A stretch of 64,000 nucleotides of DNA from Moniliella sp. 'wahieum' (Eukaryota). The stretch lies in contig RSEE01000015.1 of NCBI GenBank assembly GCA_003971905.1, positions 868,001 to 932,000 on the forward strand, written 5' to 3'. The notes below the pieces were generated by a model. The model searched no databases, was not told the origin of the DNA, and saw only the letters and a program-made list of their open reading frames with translations. Positions within the stretch are counted from its first letter, which is position 1. Each line of letters opens with the position of its first letter. This document shows positions 12,602-26,300 of the stretch, piece by piece. Made by a program: the position numbers and the translations under genes.

Positions 12602-15470
12602 TCAAGCTGCGAGGGGAAAAAAGATGTACAATAAGGCTGATTTAGATTCACGGTTCGACAGGCGAGGTGGGCTGGCTGGGGATGGGGTTGGTGGCTCCGA
12701 ATCGGGGAAGGGCTTGGCCACATTCATAAAGCCTGCCACCCTAACCAGATCCACCGACGGACCATCGGATTCGACCGCCACAATTAGATCCTCGAGAATG
12801 TCCTCGATTCGCGCTTCGTCCACGTTGCAGCACAGGGCCACCGCACGACGACATTGCGCTGCATGCGCCGCGGCCTGGGTCGAGATGGCTTGGGCGCGTG
12901 TGGTCCAGCTGGAGGCTTGTTGCTCCAGCGCCGAAGCGAGCCAGCGCAATCGTACCAGCTCCCCCTCTCCCTCGCCTTCCATAGAGGTGGGAGAGGTAGG
13001 GGCGGAGAAACAGGTCCCAAGTTTGATCTGCTTTCGTTCGTTCTGCGTCGAGCACATTCAACTCTTCCTGGTCTTCAGGAGCAAGAGGAGGATCCGTGTC
13101 AAAGAGGCAAGGGAAGCCACAACCCGGTCCACATGAGCCACAGTATGCTTGGCTTGGTCAATCTCCCCGTCGGCTTGCTGGCTTCGGCAAGTTTTCGCCG
13201 TTGGGCAGCAAGATCGCGAGTCGAGGCCTGCAGCTGCAGCGCTGCCTGGGCATCTGCTAACGTCTTGTGTTTGTTGTTCATCTCCTCGGCATGGAGTGCC
13301 TTGAGTTCCTCCAACATCGCATGGATGTCTGATTCAGACCGTAGTTAGCTTCCATCGGGACAAGGAGAAACGGAGGACATACCTTTCATCACATCTTGGC
13401 TCTTCACCAGGGGCATGGGAGGAAGAGCGCCTGCACTTTCCGAGTTGACAACTTCGTTGGCACCATCTGAGCCAGCTCCCACCCCCCAGTCGGATGGACG
13501 AATACCAAGGTGGTTGGGAACATCCTTGCGAGCCCCACACTCAAGCAACATCCGAATCATACTTGCGTTCCCAATCCGAGAAACAATTCCCAATGCCGTT
13601 TCACCATCGTCGTCTTGGGCGTCCAGCAGTTCCTGGGCTTTGGCCGGGGGAATGATGGGTGGGGATTTGGGGTCCGTGGCCGTCGTACCAGGGCGTTGGG
13701 GAAACAGGACGTCAAGTACCGAGGCGAGATAGTATCGGGCCGAAGAGGCCCGCCCACGCAAGGCAGCCACCATGGCAATGTGATGAAGGATGGAGCGACG
13801 TTTGTAGTCGCGTGTGGCAATGGAGGCCCCCAGCAAGTTCAAATCTCGGGAAAGACGTTCGCCTCAAACCCGTTCGTTACCAGCACAGCACGGTGCAGCG
13901 CTGTCTCTCCAGCAAAATTGCCTGCTTGTACGTTCGCCCCCCCCTGACTGGAGGGCAAAGCGACCAGCATCTTGACCAATCCCACTTGGCCCAGTGCAGC
14001 CGCCCAATGGAGGGGGCATGACCGTGGTCGTCAATCATAATGTTGGCGCTCACTGCAGGCACTGACACAGAGGGCCCCGAAGCCTGAGCCAGAGCCGCCG
14101 ACATGCGAGCCAAGAGGGCCTGGAATTGAGTGGTAGGCGTACCCAATTGGCTGTTTGAGTCGGTTTCGCCATTCGTGGCGAGGAAGACGTTGGTCAAGAC
14201 ATCCTTCAGTGCCCGCTCCTGCGCCTCATCTGCGCCCGTTGAGATGAACGCCTGGGGACGATCGGCAAAGCGGGCGGTGGGGTCATGCGCCAAAGCTTCG
14301 GGTGGGCCGATGATCACCCGTGCGCTCTTTCCCATGCGTAGCGCATCTGCCCCCTTGCTGTCCTCTGGTGTCAAGGCGGCAGCACGAAGCAAGCCCCCAT
14401 CAGGCCCAAGCGTGTTGAGATCCCGCACGGGTTCGAGTCCCGCCAAGACATTTGAATGTTCACCCTCTCCGCTGCCCGGACGAGGGCCCTAGGGGACCAG
14501 ATGATAGTCCTGAACCCGGAGGTGCAAATTTTTGTCGCTTGTTTGCCGGTTCGTCCGAAGGGGGCAAAGGGTGAGGAAGCGTGGAATCTGGCTCGGTCCG
14601 GTGGAAACGGAACTGGCATCGGGCGGCGGAGCAAAGGACGGGGGAGGCGCTGGGTAGCCCGCCTGTTGGTGAGGGAGACTGAAAAAGCTCTGGGGCACCG
14701 CCGCAGCTGCCGCTGCGGCGGCGGCCATGACGGCCGTTGCCGATCCATTGTTAGGGGAGGACGAGGCGGTTTGGGAGGGAGGCGGTTGACACTCTGCTGC
14801 GACGGCGCATTCGGATTGGGTCGCTTACCCTTGGGCGCGACAGTGAGGGCGCTCTCACCGGCAGGGTCAAACTCCAAGAGCATTTTGAGAAGGTGGGCTA
14901 CATTGAACTGGGTTGCCAACTGTATCCCGCGATGGAGCGGGATCCATGTCCCTTGGTACTTGCCATAACCGCCCTGCACCTTCTCATGCTCGCCGGTGAG
15001 AATGACCTTGTCCAACACTTTCGTCCGCCGCGTCTTCTCCACCCCAGCGACCTTGAGGATCTGAGTTGCGTTCAGGTATCCATCGGCTCTCCGCCGCATG
15101 CACGCAATGCCGCGGACCGTGCTCGTATACCGGCACACCCGAGTAAGTTGCAAGATAGATGCGAGCAGGAGGGGCGCGTCAGCGGGGCACCTGCGGGGGC
15201 ACCGGGACGAGCACCTGCGGAAACGCCCGCCGTACCACTGCCAGCACCAGGTGGGGGCATGGAGGTGGCGGGAGCGGGATTGGGCAATGGAGGACTACCG
15301 GCATTGCCGGCGTGGGGCTGCGATAAGGGCAGGTGGGGAGCGAGAGGGGCGGCTGCGGCTGGGGCAGAAGTAGAAGTGGAAGCAGGCGTAGAGGCCGAAG
15401 GAGCAGCGCCAGCAACAGCACCAGCAGATGCGGGCGATACCGAGGCGCCGGGGAAGGACGGATGCGGCAT
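12602..15470 (-). CDS. MBP1: APSES (KilA-N) and ankyrin-repeat cell-cycle transcription factor, Mbp1/Swi4/Res1 family
   Basis: APSES domain 'MRRRADGYLNATQILKVAGVEKTRRTKVLD..EHEKVQGGYGKYQGTWIP'. Ankyrin repeats 'DDHGH..LHWA', 'GETAL' and 'LLDAQDDDGETALGIVSRIGN'. C-terminal 'CRRAVALCCNV..IEDILEDLIVAVESDG'. Start inferred at ATG 15470. Confidence 0.9.
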
Positions 15471-16663
15471 GTGCGGGGTGGGTTGGCTGGCACCGGGGAT
15501 GGCGTGGGCGCGCTTCCGGCAGAGGGCGTGGGTGCAGATGGAGGCGAGGCAGCGTCCATGGCGGTGGTGTGTGGTGGTGGTGGTGGTGGTGATGAGACGA
15601 TGGAAGACCAACGCAGTGGTGGCTCTGTGCGCATCGGAGCAGACGCGCACAGGACGCGTGCAACGCGTCCGATCCGATCCCAGCGCCCCCGCCTCGGCCC
15701 GCCCGGCTGCGCGCGCACGGCGCCATGTCTGTGCCGGGTCTTCTTACCTCAGCGCGCAGCGCCAGCGCCCCAGGCAAAAGCCTGTCCCAGCGCCTCACCC
15801 GCAACGCCCTTACGTAACACACCACCCCCCCAGCCATGGTCATCATCCCTGGGTGCCTCGTGGTGCATGGACAGCCATCACGCGCCACGTGGGAGGAAGA
15901 TTGAAATCGATGGAGACGATCGTCCTGCGTCCCAGCCTGTCTACAAAAACCTCCACCCAACAGCCATCGCTTTGGCGAATCCCTCCGGGAAACCTGTGCC
16001 CGCTGAGCGCCAGGGAAGACTGCGAGGTAGCCCTGCGCTCATCTCTTATTCACATACGAACAGACTATACTAACGGAGCGAGCGATGGGACGATTGATTT
16101 ATCGGGAGAATAAGACATGGAGCATTCGACATGGTAGGGCGAAAAGAAGCTAATGCTGGCTGAGATCCTCGCTTGACATATATACACCAGAGAGACCATA
16201 GGCTAGAACAGGAACGGTATTGACGTGATGTAATGCGCAAATGCTTGTGGACACAAGGCCTTCGCAGGACCATGGTACAGTTGACGGAGCTGCCATCCGC
16301 AGCGTTCCGAAATATTCAGTCTCCATCTTGACCGATTGAACCCCGCGTAAATGGTACCACCAATGAGAATGAAAGAAATACGTGAAAGCGTGTGCGGGCG
16401 ATGAAAATGGTACAGGAAATTCAAGCCGAGTTCGACTTCAGGAGGAAGTAGCCAACCGTAGAACGACCGGACAGAGTGTCTCCTACACTGGAGGCATCAA
16501 CTCGTCTGTTGGCGATTCGGGGTCCGACAGGCTGAAGTCGGACCAGGCCTCGACGGCACCAAGGAATGCATCCGCGAACCAGTGCGTGGCGTATTGGGCG
16601 CTGGAGGTGCGCTGTCATTTGGGAGGGGCGGGTGGGCAGCAGGTACAGGTTGCATCGCTGTGG

Positions 16664-16757
16664 GTAGTGGGTAGTGGTAGTGGTAGTGGTAGTGGTAGTG
16701 GTAGTGGTAGTGGTAGTGGTAGTGTAGTGGTAGTGGTGTAGTGGTAGTGGTAGTGGT
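16664..16757. repeat. (GTAGTG)n hexanucleotide microsatellite
   Basis: About 15 units read directly, with two interruptions. Confidence 0.95.
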
Positions 16758-18892
16758 GGGAGGAAAGCCAGGAAAGAGGGACGAAAGAGATTGGGGAGTA
16801 CTAAAAAATAATCGCATGCATTGGTACCCAATTGCTAATCAGGCTTGGGACGTTCCAGGACGTATACCCCAACGGCCAACAGAAAGCAACAATGGTGGCA
16901 AGTGATGCATGATGCATGATGGCTCGTGCATGTTTGGCCGCGTCCGCCACCCCGAGGGTTCCGATGTTTCAGTTTCGCTCACTGCCCGCCTGCCTATGCG
17001 GCCTTTGTGCGGCGGTAACTTTGGTCACAGATACACTGGTCTTTTGCGGTCGAGTGCGTCAAGCTCTTTGCGGGGCCCCAATAGCGCTTGAGTTGGGCAA
17101 CAACAGGGTCTCAGCCAGCCCGCCACCTTCATGCTAACAAGAGACGATTTCAGTTGGGGCAGAATTTGGAATGGCCCCAAGGAATCAAACTCCGTTGAGT
17201 TTGGGCGTTCTCACGATCTCATCGATCCCCACACACCACAGCGAGACCCTCTTCCAAGCTTCAAGTACCTCTAATAGTAGCAACAGTACACCGTGCATAG
17301 CAGCTGCCCAACCTCCCTTTTGGTCTCCAATGCTAATGACGCATGATGCCGATGCATGGTTGATGATGCATTCGCACAATGCGGTTGCTGGGTGCACCGC
17401 GGTTACAACACAGTATTCGACCATGCGCTCCCAACAGCCGATGAAGAACGTTTCCGATGCGCCCGCGCCACGGAGAGCGGGTCTCTCCTTAGCGCCTCAG
17501 CCTCTCATTCGATGATAGGCGCACACGTTGTTTTTGCGCCTTTTTAGCTCTACTCTTTCTGCAAACGGTATCAATGCCAGGAGCCATACCTTTTTTCCCC
17601 TGCTTGAACCTGTTGAGCCACATGGTTGCTCGTGGTTTGGGCCTCGAGAGGTCCCTTCAGTACTCAGTCCCTCCTCGGCGTTAGGAACTTCGATGGTCTT
17701 TCGCGTCTTTGTTCCGACGCAACCACAACTAATAACTACAGTGGAAACTGTGGCTGTGCTTGATGCAAGTCCCTGTGTAGGTGTCGTTGGTTGGCTTTGA
17801 CCGGTGACCATGCAACCGCCACCATTAGTTCCATCGCATCCCCCTCGAGGCCATCAACTATACTGTGGTGCCAGACTATGGTAGTGGCACCGGTTAGTAG
17901 CCCAAGCCCAGGTCCCCTTTCCCGGCGCACTCCTTCAACCTTTCTTATAGGGCAGCAATATTCTCTACTAGCGATGACGTAGCTCAGTGCTAATGCATGT
18001 TGGGACCCGCGGTCCCTTACATAGGCCAAGGCGCCTTATCGATATCACCCTTTGCCCTTTGCCCCTTATTCCGAAGCCTCCACGTGTGTAATACACTCAG
18101 GAGAACCATTGTCTCCTCTAGGGTGGCATAAGGCTTAGGCCTAACGAGACCACCATCGCGATTGCATTGCTCTACGTTTTCCAGAGGTTCATTGCCTAAC
18201 CCCTTGGTTCCTCCGGTCTTACATACAATGCACCAACTTCTTAGTATCAGGTCTTCTGCAGCTATCGGAAACAGAGGTTAGGGAAACTCTTTCCCCACAC
18301 ACACCAGGTCTTCTCTCGTATCTCTCTTATCTCCCCCTCCAGTCACTAGAGTCACTAGTCACTAGCCATGCGTCATGTTTCCTCTCCTCTTTCACCCACG
18401 CCTATCGCCTGAGGTAGCGAGTTGAGCGCGTTGAGCGAAGAGGTGGCGGTGTTAGCATGTTAGGGAAGAACAGAGGAATGCGCCAGCAGCGCCTACTACA
18501 CGAGCTTACAATTGGAACAAGGTGGAGGCGCCACGGATAGGGGGCGCGGCGCAGGCTATAAGCCTAAAACAAACCTCTATATAGAGAACAGTGCCACTTG
18601 TTATAACAGCCAGTGAAACAGTGTGATGGACGGATGTGACAAAAATGTGACGAATGTTTAACGAGGCGCAGGGCGAACACTGAGGTACTGCCTGGACAAC
18701 GTCGTGACCACGAACACATCACCCGAAGAAAACAGCCGATGGTCGGACACGGTCCAGGGACCATAATATGAGCAGCGCAAGTGGGAGCACTCTTCAGATA
18801 ACCGCGCAGATGTCGTGCTTGTCGAGCTAAGAAACCGGTCTGTACCTTTTCTTTCCTCCTTCCTTGCCGCCACCACCACCAACATCAACAAC

Positions 18893-19823
18893 ATGGCTTC
18901 TTCATCCAGACTGGACGGGGCCGCGTACCAAGCCCTGCCGGGGACGCCGCTTGATGTCAACAAGCCATTTTACGATAAGATTGCAGCCAGCCAGCGCACC
19001 AAAGCCTCCGAGCTGGTCGTGCCCATTCGCAGTGGCCGCGTTGGAAGGTGAAGGCCGGGCAAGTGTGTCGGATTGTAGCGATCGAGGGCCCTCAGGTGGG
19101 CGACCTGAACATCTGGAACGCCGACAATCCCCGTGAACGTTTGGGCGGCGAGAACGAGGCAACTGCAGCGTTCGGTGCGTGCGATGTCAATGCGTGGTAG
19201 GGATTGTACTTATCCCCCTTGAATTTTGGCAGCACGTTTCCGTATACGACCGGCTCTGGTCTACTCTCCCATACCTTCGTCCGCTTTGTACTATTACTGC
19301 CGACACGCTTTCGTGGTACGGTGTCGATGGAGAGGGGGGAAGGGTTCACGATCTTTTGGGCACGCGATGCGATCCCTATGTGAATCGCATGCTGACGGGG
19401 GAAGACTTTGATTTCCACTGTCATTCAAACCTGACCCGCGCCATTATCCCATTCGGACTGAGGGAAGAAGACGTGCACGATGTTTTGAACGTACACCAAG
19501 CTACTGGGCTCAATGCCGAAGACAAGTACTTTATGAAGACGTGCCCGGCGAAGAAGGGAGACTACCTTGAGTTCTTTGCCGAACAGGATTTGCTCTGTGC
19601 CCTTTCTGCCTGCCCAGGTGGAGACTTGAGTAAGCCCATGTGGGGTGAAGGGACCAAGCCGGGCGAAGACGCGAGTCTCGAAGTCTGTCGCCCCTTGGGC
19701 GTGGAAGTGTATGACCTGGAGGGCGATGTGTTGGATGGTTGGACCCCACCCAAGCCATACGGCGAGCTGTACAAGGGCCAGCATGGGCTTCGTGTTCAGC
19801 AGGGCCCTTGGGGGACAGCATGA
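18893..19823 (+). CDS. DUF1989 / urea-carboxylase-associated family protein
   Basis: 'EGPQVGDLNIWN..NPRER', an intron at about 19174-19233, then 'HVSVYDRLWS.LPYLRP', 'GGRVHDLLGTRCDPYVN', 'FHCHSNL', 'DVHDVLNV.Q.TGL' and 'DLLCALSACPGGDLS'. Confidence 0.88.
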
Positions 19824-21426
19824 AACGCTAGGCCACAATTACGAAGCGAGAAGAGGGAGCATGCAATGCATACGGAGAATAGGCTGTCAATCTTCAAGGT
19901 TCTATGCAACTACAGTCTTAGTATGTAGTAGAGCGGGACAGGAACATGCACAACAGAGGGGAGTGCAATCCAGATAGCAGAGAACGAGAGATGATAGTCA
20001 TTTCCTACTTGGGGGGTTGGCACGTTGGCTTATCCTTCAGTTCCATATCGGAGTAGGCATCAAAATCTGCCAACAACCCTACTGCTCCCCGATCCCAACC
20101 CTACTGCTGGCTGGGTGGGTCTGGCTCGCCAATAATCGGGCATATGACAGAGTCGCGTCGACGCGTCCCTCCACCCACTTAAAATGCCCCCTACCCGTAC
20201 TCACCGCCGGTGTCCCCCTTGCGGCACCATCTGCTTCAAGGTGCCCCCTCAATTCACGCCCACGGTTGTGCCCCCACTTCCGTCGGCCTGGCCACAAGGC
20301 CGCCGCGGAGCGGTGGAGCATGGAGGAGAGATGTGGAAAGCAACTGGGGTCTTTGCGACAAAAATAAGGTGCGGGGGGGAAGGACAAGAAGAGAGGGAGG
20401 ACAAGAAGAGAGGGGGGGGCAAAGGGAATTGGTGGAAGGATGGAGCAAGGATGATCGATGGTCCAGAGGGCGGCCGACGCGGCTGATGGAAGGCTCGCGC
20501 GACTGGCAGATGGAAAGCTGGAGGACGAGGTTGGATGATGAAGATGATGCAGCTAAGTGGAGACGAGAGGTTGCCTGCATTACTGAATCAATTGGCTGGA
20601 AACGTTCAGGAGTTGGACAGGAAAGGAGGGAAGGGACGAGAACGGAAGGTGGGATAAAGGATTCCCACCAATCAAGGATGCTGACTGTTGGTTGGCCCCT
20701 TTTTGGTAACCCCCTTCTGTCTAAGCCCCATCGCACTGGGGTAGATGTTGACAGAGCGAAGCAGACGATGCTGCTACAGAGTGCGACTTGGGAGCGCTCG
20801 CGATCCTATGGATCAGCTGCAAAGCAACCATCAGACAAGGCGTGAAGGCAAAGTTCAAGCTACATCTGAATTGAGAAGGGACGGAGACAGGAGAGAGAGA
20901 AGGGAGATGAAGCGAGCAGGGCGCGCGCGCCCTGCAGCGGAACTCTTTCGACGGCTAAGCGAGAGCGTCACCGATTCACTGAGGGGCGCAGGGGAGGCCT
21001 AACACTACCACCCCAACAGATGCAAGCGGATGAGGCTGCGAAGAGGGAGTAAGAATATCATCCGATAGCACTTCCTCGTCATATATCACGATGGGGTCGG
21101 CGTTCGCCGTGTGCCTGGGCTGGCAAGCAATCCCTCGGAGATGTGGATGCGATGGATATGCGCGCTACGCTTGAAAGTTTTATTCGGCGTGGCGCGGTTG
21201 GAGCTGGAAACGGCTGCGCCGTGCAACATTGCAAGTTTGAAAGACGGATTCCAGTGAGCACAAGTGAGTTACCGGCGGGAAGCCAATGGCGTGCTTAAAC
21301 CATTAATTAAAGCTCGTCAAAGCAAATCGCGGACTTAGCTTTCTTTTTCTTCTAACTCCTCCTCCCGTCCCCCCCCCCCACCTCCACTCCCCCTCTCCCC
21401 CACTCGACCTGCCCCAAGGCTTCGCC

Positions 21427-24400
21427 ATGACGTCCGAGCGCTCCGCCTCCTTCGCCCAGACGGCCGCCATCTTCGCGGGTGTTTGGCTGCCGGCGTTGGC
21501 TCGGTCATCCTGGCTCAGAAGGTCGCTGCCAAGCATGAGCCCGTTCCCTCCCTCGGGCCAGTCGAGTTTGTCGAGCGCGCTACCCCCGCTCTCTGGATCC
21601 CCCGCGCCATCCCGGTGTTGCCAAAACAGAGGATGCTGTCCCCAAGCTCACTACCCCGGCCCCCAGTGCCCAGTCGCTTGGATCAACCGACCTTGACAAC
21701 GCTACGTCGTGGGCGCCACGGGCGTAGAGCCGCACCACCCCCCGAGGCACCCGCGAAGCACACGGCAACCCACGCCTCCCTCCTCGCCGAACAAGCCGAT
21801 GCCGCGGCGGAGCCTTCGCACCATGCTCCTCTCTGGCATCGCGGCCCCTTAATGGCAGCACGGGAGTTGGCCTAATCGAACGCCAATCCTACTACGGTTC
21901 TGACGCTGTGTTTGTGTACGACTCGGATGCTACCTCCTTTGGTCGTTGGGTCGAGGCCGCTCATGGAAGGGTATTGAATCTTCCAAGACCACCAAGGTTT
22001 ACTCCCTCCAGACCCGTGGGGGCGGCTACCGCGGTCTTGGGTTACCTCTCGGGTGCCTCTACTTCGGCCCTTTAACCAGCGATGGTCTCACCGCATCCAT
22101 CTTGACCAACGCTCAGGGCTTGGTCGCTATGGCCCCTGCTCTGGCCTTTGCCCAGTCTTCCGGGCGGATTGTGGCTCAGGTGTCGAGCGCTGGACACGCG
22201 GTGTCAGGCACGGGCGAAGGAGCTCTGCAACTTATCGACAATGCCCCTTCTACGTTGCTGGCTGCCTCCCTATTGGCTGAAGGGGACGGTCAGTGGACTG
22301 TGATTTACACTCGGACCAGAATGAAGCGGCAGTGTGGCGGCAGCTGCGTACAAAGCCACAAAGGGCAGCCTGGCTCATATCTTCGACGGCGTCTTTACTG
22401 GCCGTGAGATCGACCCGGCCTTGACACCCTCGACCAAGGTGGAGAGCGCCCAGGGTGAGACTGTCCTCGACGTGCTTGCGGCCGCCAAGTTTGACGCTTT
22501 TCCTACGTCGGCCCGGCAAACCCGGAGGTGGTCCTCGTTGTCCCCAACACCTCCGTCGCTGCCGCGGCCAAATTGGCCTACTCCCGTCTCAATGCCGAGT
22601 CCAAGGCCAAGAGCTGTTTTGGCTGTGCGGATCGTGCGCCCCTGGGATGAGGCTGCCCTCCTAGCTGCCGTGCCCGCCAGTGCGAAGCGTGTTGCCGTTT
22701 TGGAAATCGACCAGGGCGTGATTGCCGCGGACGTGGAAGCCGCTTTCTTTGACACCACGACCGACGTTTCCATCCTTGCCGCCCCTGCGGAGCTGGAGTG
22801 GCTCAGATCTCCACCGCGCTGGAGCTGCTCATTGCAGGTCCCACGTCGTGGTCCAGGTGGTGGCGCGCGCCGATCAGGCCGTCGGCCTCCGCTTCGGCGA
22901 CAGGAAAACTGCTTACCGTCCTGGACACCGAATCGAGCGCTACGACCTATGCTGGTCAGATCATTGCCCGCATCTTTGCCGATGCAGCTGCCTCGGGGTT
23001 GGTGCGGCCAAGGCACTCTCGTGCCGGACGCTCCAACGCTTTGACAACTTCCACGGCCCCCAGGCGGCAGGTATCGTACGTTCGGACCTTGTCTTTGGCC
23101 CGCGCAGCCTGTCCGTTGCTGCTGCGGCGCAGGATGGTCAAGCCCAGACAGTGGTCTTGGCCCAGGCTGGATCAATTGCCTCGACGCTGAACACCCTTTC
23201 CTCCGCCGCCTTGGGGGGTACGGTGGTGCTCGACACATCGGGCTGGGACGCTCCTGCTGCAGAGGTTCTTTCGGAGCGGTTGGCACCGATCGTACAGCGC
23301 TCCATCGCCGCCTTGTCCCTCAAGCTGGTCGCCATCGATACTGCATCGGTTTTTCTCAGCTCGAGGCGTCTCTGACAACGGGCAATACCAAGGCAAAACA
23401 GGTCTCGCTTGACGCTGAAGTGGCCTCGGCGGTCCTCGCTATTGCGCGTGCAGGTGCACCTCAAGGCCACGCCTGCCACACTGGTTGCTCTGGCCCAAGC
23501 TGCTCTTGCCGAAGTTTCCGGGATCAAGGTGGAGGAGCTCGTTTTTTTTGTCGGCAAAGCTCTTGCCCCCGTGTCGTACGACTCGGCCGTTTTCGCCGCT
23601 GCCAAGGAGGAAGAGGGCAAGTCGGTACCCGTGTTGCCTGACTGGGAGTACACTGGCTTTGCCCGTTTGGATGATCGTGCTGGGGCGGTGGCTGAGCCTG
23701 TGGCCCGTACTGCTTCTTGGGCCTCGGCCGCATGGCAAAAGCTGTACCCTGAGGCGTATGATCTCCAAGCCGATTCTCTTCGTGCCGACCTGGCCCCCGA
23801 AAAGCTTTGGGAGGTGGAAGTGACAGAGAACCGTCGTCTGACCCACTGGACTATGATCGCAATGTTCCACTTGGAGATGTCGACCAAGGGCACGGATCTT
23901 ACTACGAGGTCGGAGAAGCTCTCGGTGTGCACGGCTGGAACGACGAAGAAGAAGTGCGCGAGTTTATTCGTTGGACGGGCTTCCAGCCTGACGAGGTCAT
24001 CAGCGTGCCGACCGAGGGCGGCAAGGCAGAGTCGCTTACTGTGTTCCAGCTGCTGCTTCAACGCAAAGATATCTTTGGTCGCCCCGGCAAGAACTTTTAT
24101 GCCGTTTTGGCCGACAAGGCGGCAAACGCCAACGAGGCCAAGTGGCTCCGCTTTGTCGCTTCCGCCGAGGGCAACAGCACGTTAAGAAGTACGCCGAGGT
24201 GGAGACAGTGACGTATGCTGAGGTGTTGCGGATGTTCCCCTCGGTGCTGGCCAACTTTACCGTCACCGATCTGCTTACCCACATTGAGGACATTCAGCCG
24301 CGCCACTACTCCATTGCGTCGGCCCAGGCTGCGGTGGGAGAGTCGGTGCACCTGCTGATTGTTACTGTGGATTGGAAGACGCCGATGGGGCGCCGCGTTA

Positions 24401-25076
24401 CGGCCAGTGCACACGCTACCTTTCCAAGCTCCGTCCGGGCGACAAGGTGACGGTATCGGTGCGCCCCTCAGTGATGAAACTGCCTCCGCTGTCCGAACAG
24501 CCGATCATCATGGCCGGCTTGGGCATGGCGCAGCGCCTTTCCGTGCCTTCCTCCAAGCTCGTGCGGTGCAGAAGGCCCAGGGTCTTCCTATTGGTCCGCT
24601 GGTGTACTACTTTGGTTCGCGCTACCGCAGCAAAGAGTACCTGTATGGCGAGGAGCTGGAGGCTTCCAAAGCCGACGGCATTCTCACCCGCCTGGGGCTG
24701 GCCTTCTCGCGCGACCAGAAGCATAAGATCTACATCCAGACAAGATTTCCCATGATGCCGAGATTATGTCGTCTTACCTTGCCCCGAGATTGCTGCTGCG
24801 GGCGGGACGATCAAGGTGGCCACTCTGGCCGACGCCTTGGTCAAAGCCGAGGAGAAGGACAAGGGGTACTTCTACCTCTGTGGACCGTACGTCTCTCTCT
24901 CACCACTTCACTGCATGAGCTCCCTACTAACCTCTCTTCTGTTTTAGGACCTGGCCCGTGCCCGACATTACTGAGGCGGTCATTGGCAGTCACACACAAA
25001 GGGCGTCCCGTGCCCAGGCCGAAGAGCATCTTGAGAAGCTCAAGAAGATGAGCGCTGGGTTCTCGAGGTCTACTAA
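21427..25076 (+). CDS. MET10: Sulfite reductase (NADPH) flavoprotein alpha subunit; many apparent indel errors
   Basis: 'VTENRRLTP.DYDRNVFH.E', 'YEVGEALGVHGWND', 'DIFGRP.K.FY', 'IQPRHYSIASAQ..VG.SVHLLIVTVDW', 'RYGQCTRYL', 'PIIMAGLG', 'YFGSRYRSKEYLYGEELE' and 'AFSRDQ'. 'FYLCGP' precedes an intron at 24886-24948. C-terminus 'RWVLEVY*' ends at 25076. Confidence 0.93.
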
Positions 25077-25906
25077 AAGGTCACCCCTCTGTCTTTTTCT
25101 TTGGACATGGTGAAGCGAGCGAGCAAGCGCCCCCTGTGCCCACGCCCCCCCCATGTCCAGAATGCCCAATCAATTGGAAGAACCGTTTTAGTGCCCACTC
25201 TGTCATTACCCTTGTCCAGCTCCAAAATATGCCGGGAGACAGTGTAGTAGTGGAAAATCCGGAGGAAAAGATGGTTCGCGTGCACTGCAGCGTTTTCTAG
25301 ACCAATTAACGAAGGACGGAGACGGGACACGCGGATGCATCGTATTAGGAGCAATAAAAATGAGCTAGTTGATGGACGTACCTGATGAAGAAGAGAGTTG
25401 AGAAGGTATTTGGTACTAATGGAGATATCTGGACTGTAATTTCGCTGCTCTTCGCAGACCTCCCTCTTCAGCTTGAGGTCGTGTGACCCTCCAACATAAC
25501 CTTTCCACCAACCCACACAAGCACTGCCTTTATGTTGATCTATAATGCACACTGTCTCTCGGGTAGTAAACACCTATTATATGTACCCGAGGCTGATATG
25601 ATATCCGTGGCACTCGCCGTCTTGTGCACATCCAGGGGGTATACAAAAGTTAACGCATCAGATGCGTTGCTGTTGACTCATTTCATGTAAGGAACCTCTT
25701 ACATTGGCCCCAGCCAAGACGTGTAACACGCCTAACACGGGCTAGGCGCCAGCGAGAGTGAATCACAATGTCGGTGTCGACCAGAGGGTGGCAATGTCTA
25801 GCTGAGAGATTATGGTCTTGGCATTATTGGCCACCGGATGCAATTTGGAGAGAATGCTGATCATGGTTGCACTAGCTACAAGATTCATGATGTATCGAGG
25901 CGTGCG

Positions 25907-26300
25907 TAACGTTCAACTGAGTCTCAGTATTGAGTACTGAGTCTCAGTACTGTTAGGATCCACTTTCCTGTGAGGTATGGGCTACACAATGTGTTGACGT
26001 GGTTGACATTCAACGGATATTCAACGTTCGTGTTGAATTCAACGTTCAGCGGCTCAGCTGAGCCTCAGCGCGCTCAGCGGAGTTCAACGGCACTGAACGG
26101 CCCAGTACTCAGTGAGTGTGCAGTAGTCCTTCGTACTCAGTACACTTCGTCTGAGTACACTCAGTCCAGTGAGTACTCAGTGTACTCAGTACACGTTCAA
26201 CCGCCTTTCACAGCAGGTGAGGCTGAGGCGCTGAGGCGCTAAGGCTGGTGAGGCCGGTGAGGCCTGAGGCAGTGCTAGTGAGGCTGAGGCCTGAGGCAGA
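25907..26300. repeat. Dense cluster of AACGTT / AGTACT / AGCGCT / AGGCCT palindrome arrays
   Basis: For example ctgagtctcagtattgagtactgagtctcagtactg, ttcaacgttc, gagtactcagtgtactcagtac, gtgaggcctgaggc. Confidence 0.85.

Noticed and set aside
14893..16113. 406-aa plus-strand ORF and other long antisense ORFs (e.g. 59511-60518, 23138-24061)
   Set aside because: Shadow ORFs of GC-rich real genes on the opposite strand; no domain.
16664..16757. Telomere-like or coding (GS/HY/poly-T) repeat
   Set aside because: Simple intergenic GTAGTG microsatellite; the surrounding ORFs are unsupported.
17500..18330. gag-like or LTR relic
   Set aside because: Only an isolated CxxC and a compositional shift; insufficient evidence.
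20017..21000. Gene between DUF1989 and MET10
   Set aside because: Overlapping low-complexity ORFs on both strands with no motif or splice support.
25100..25900. LTR retrotransposon RNase H relic ('VHIQG...SDALL' near 25625)
   Set aside because: A single weak motif with no RT or integrase motifs or LTR found; left uncalled.
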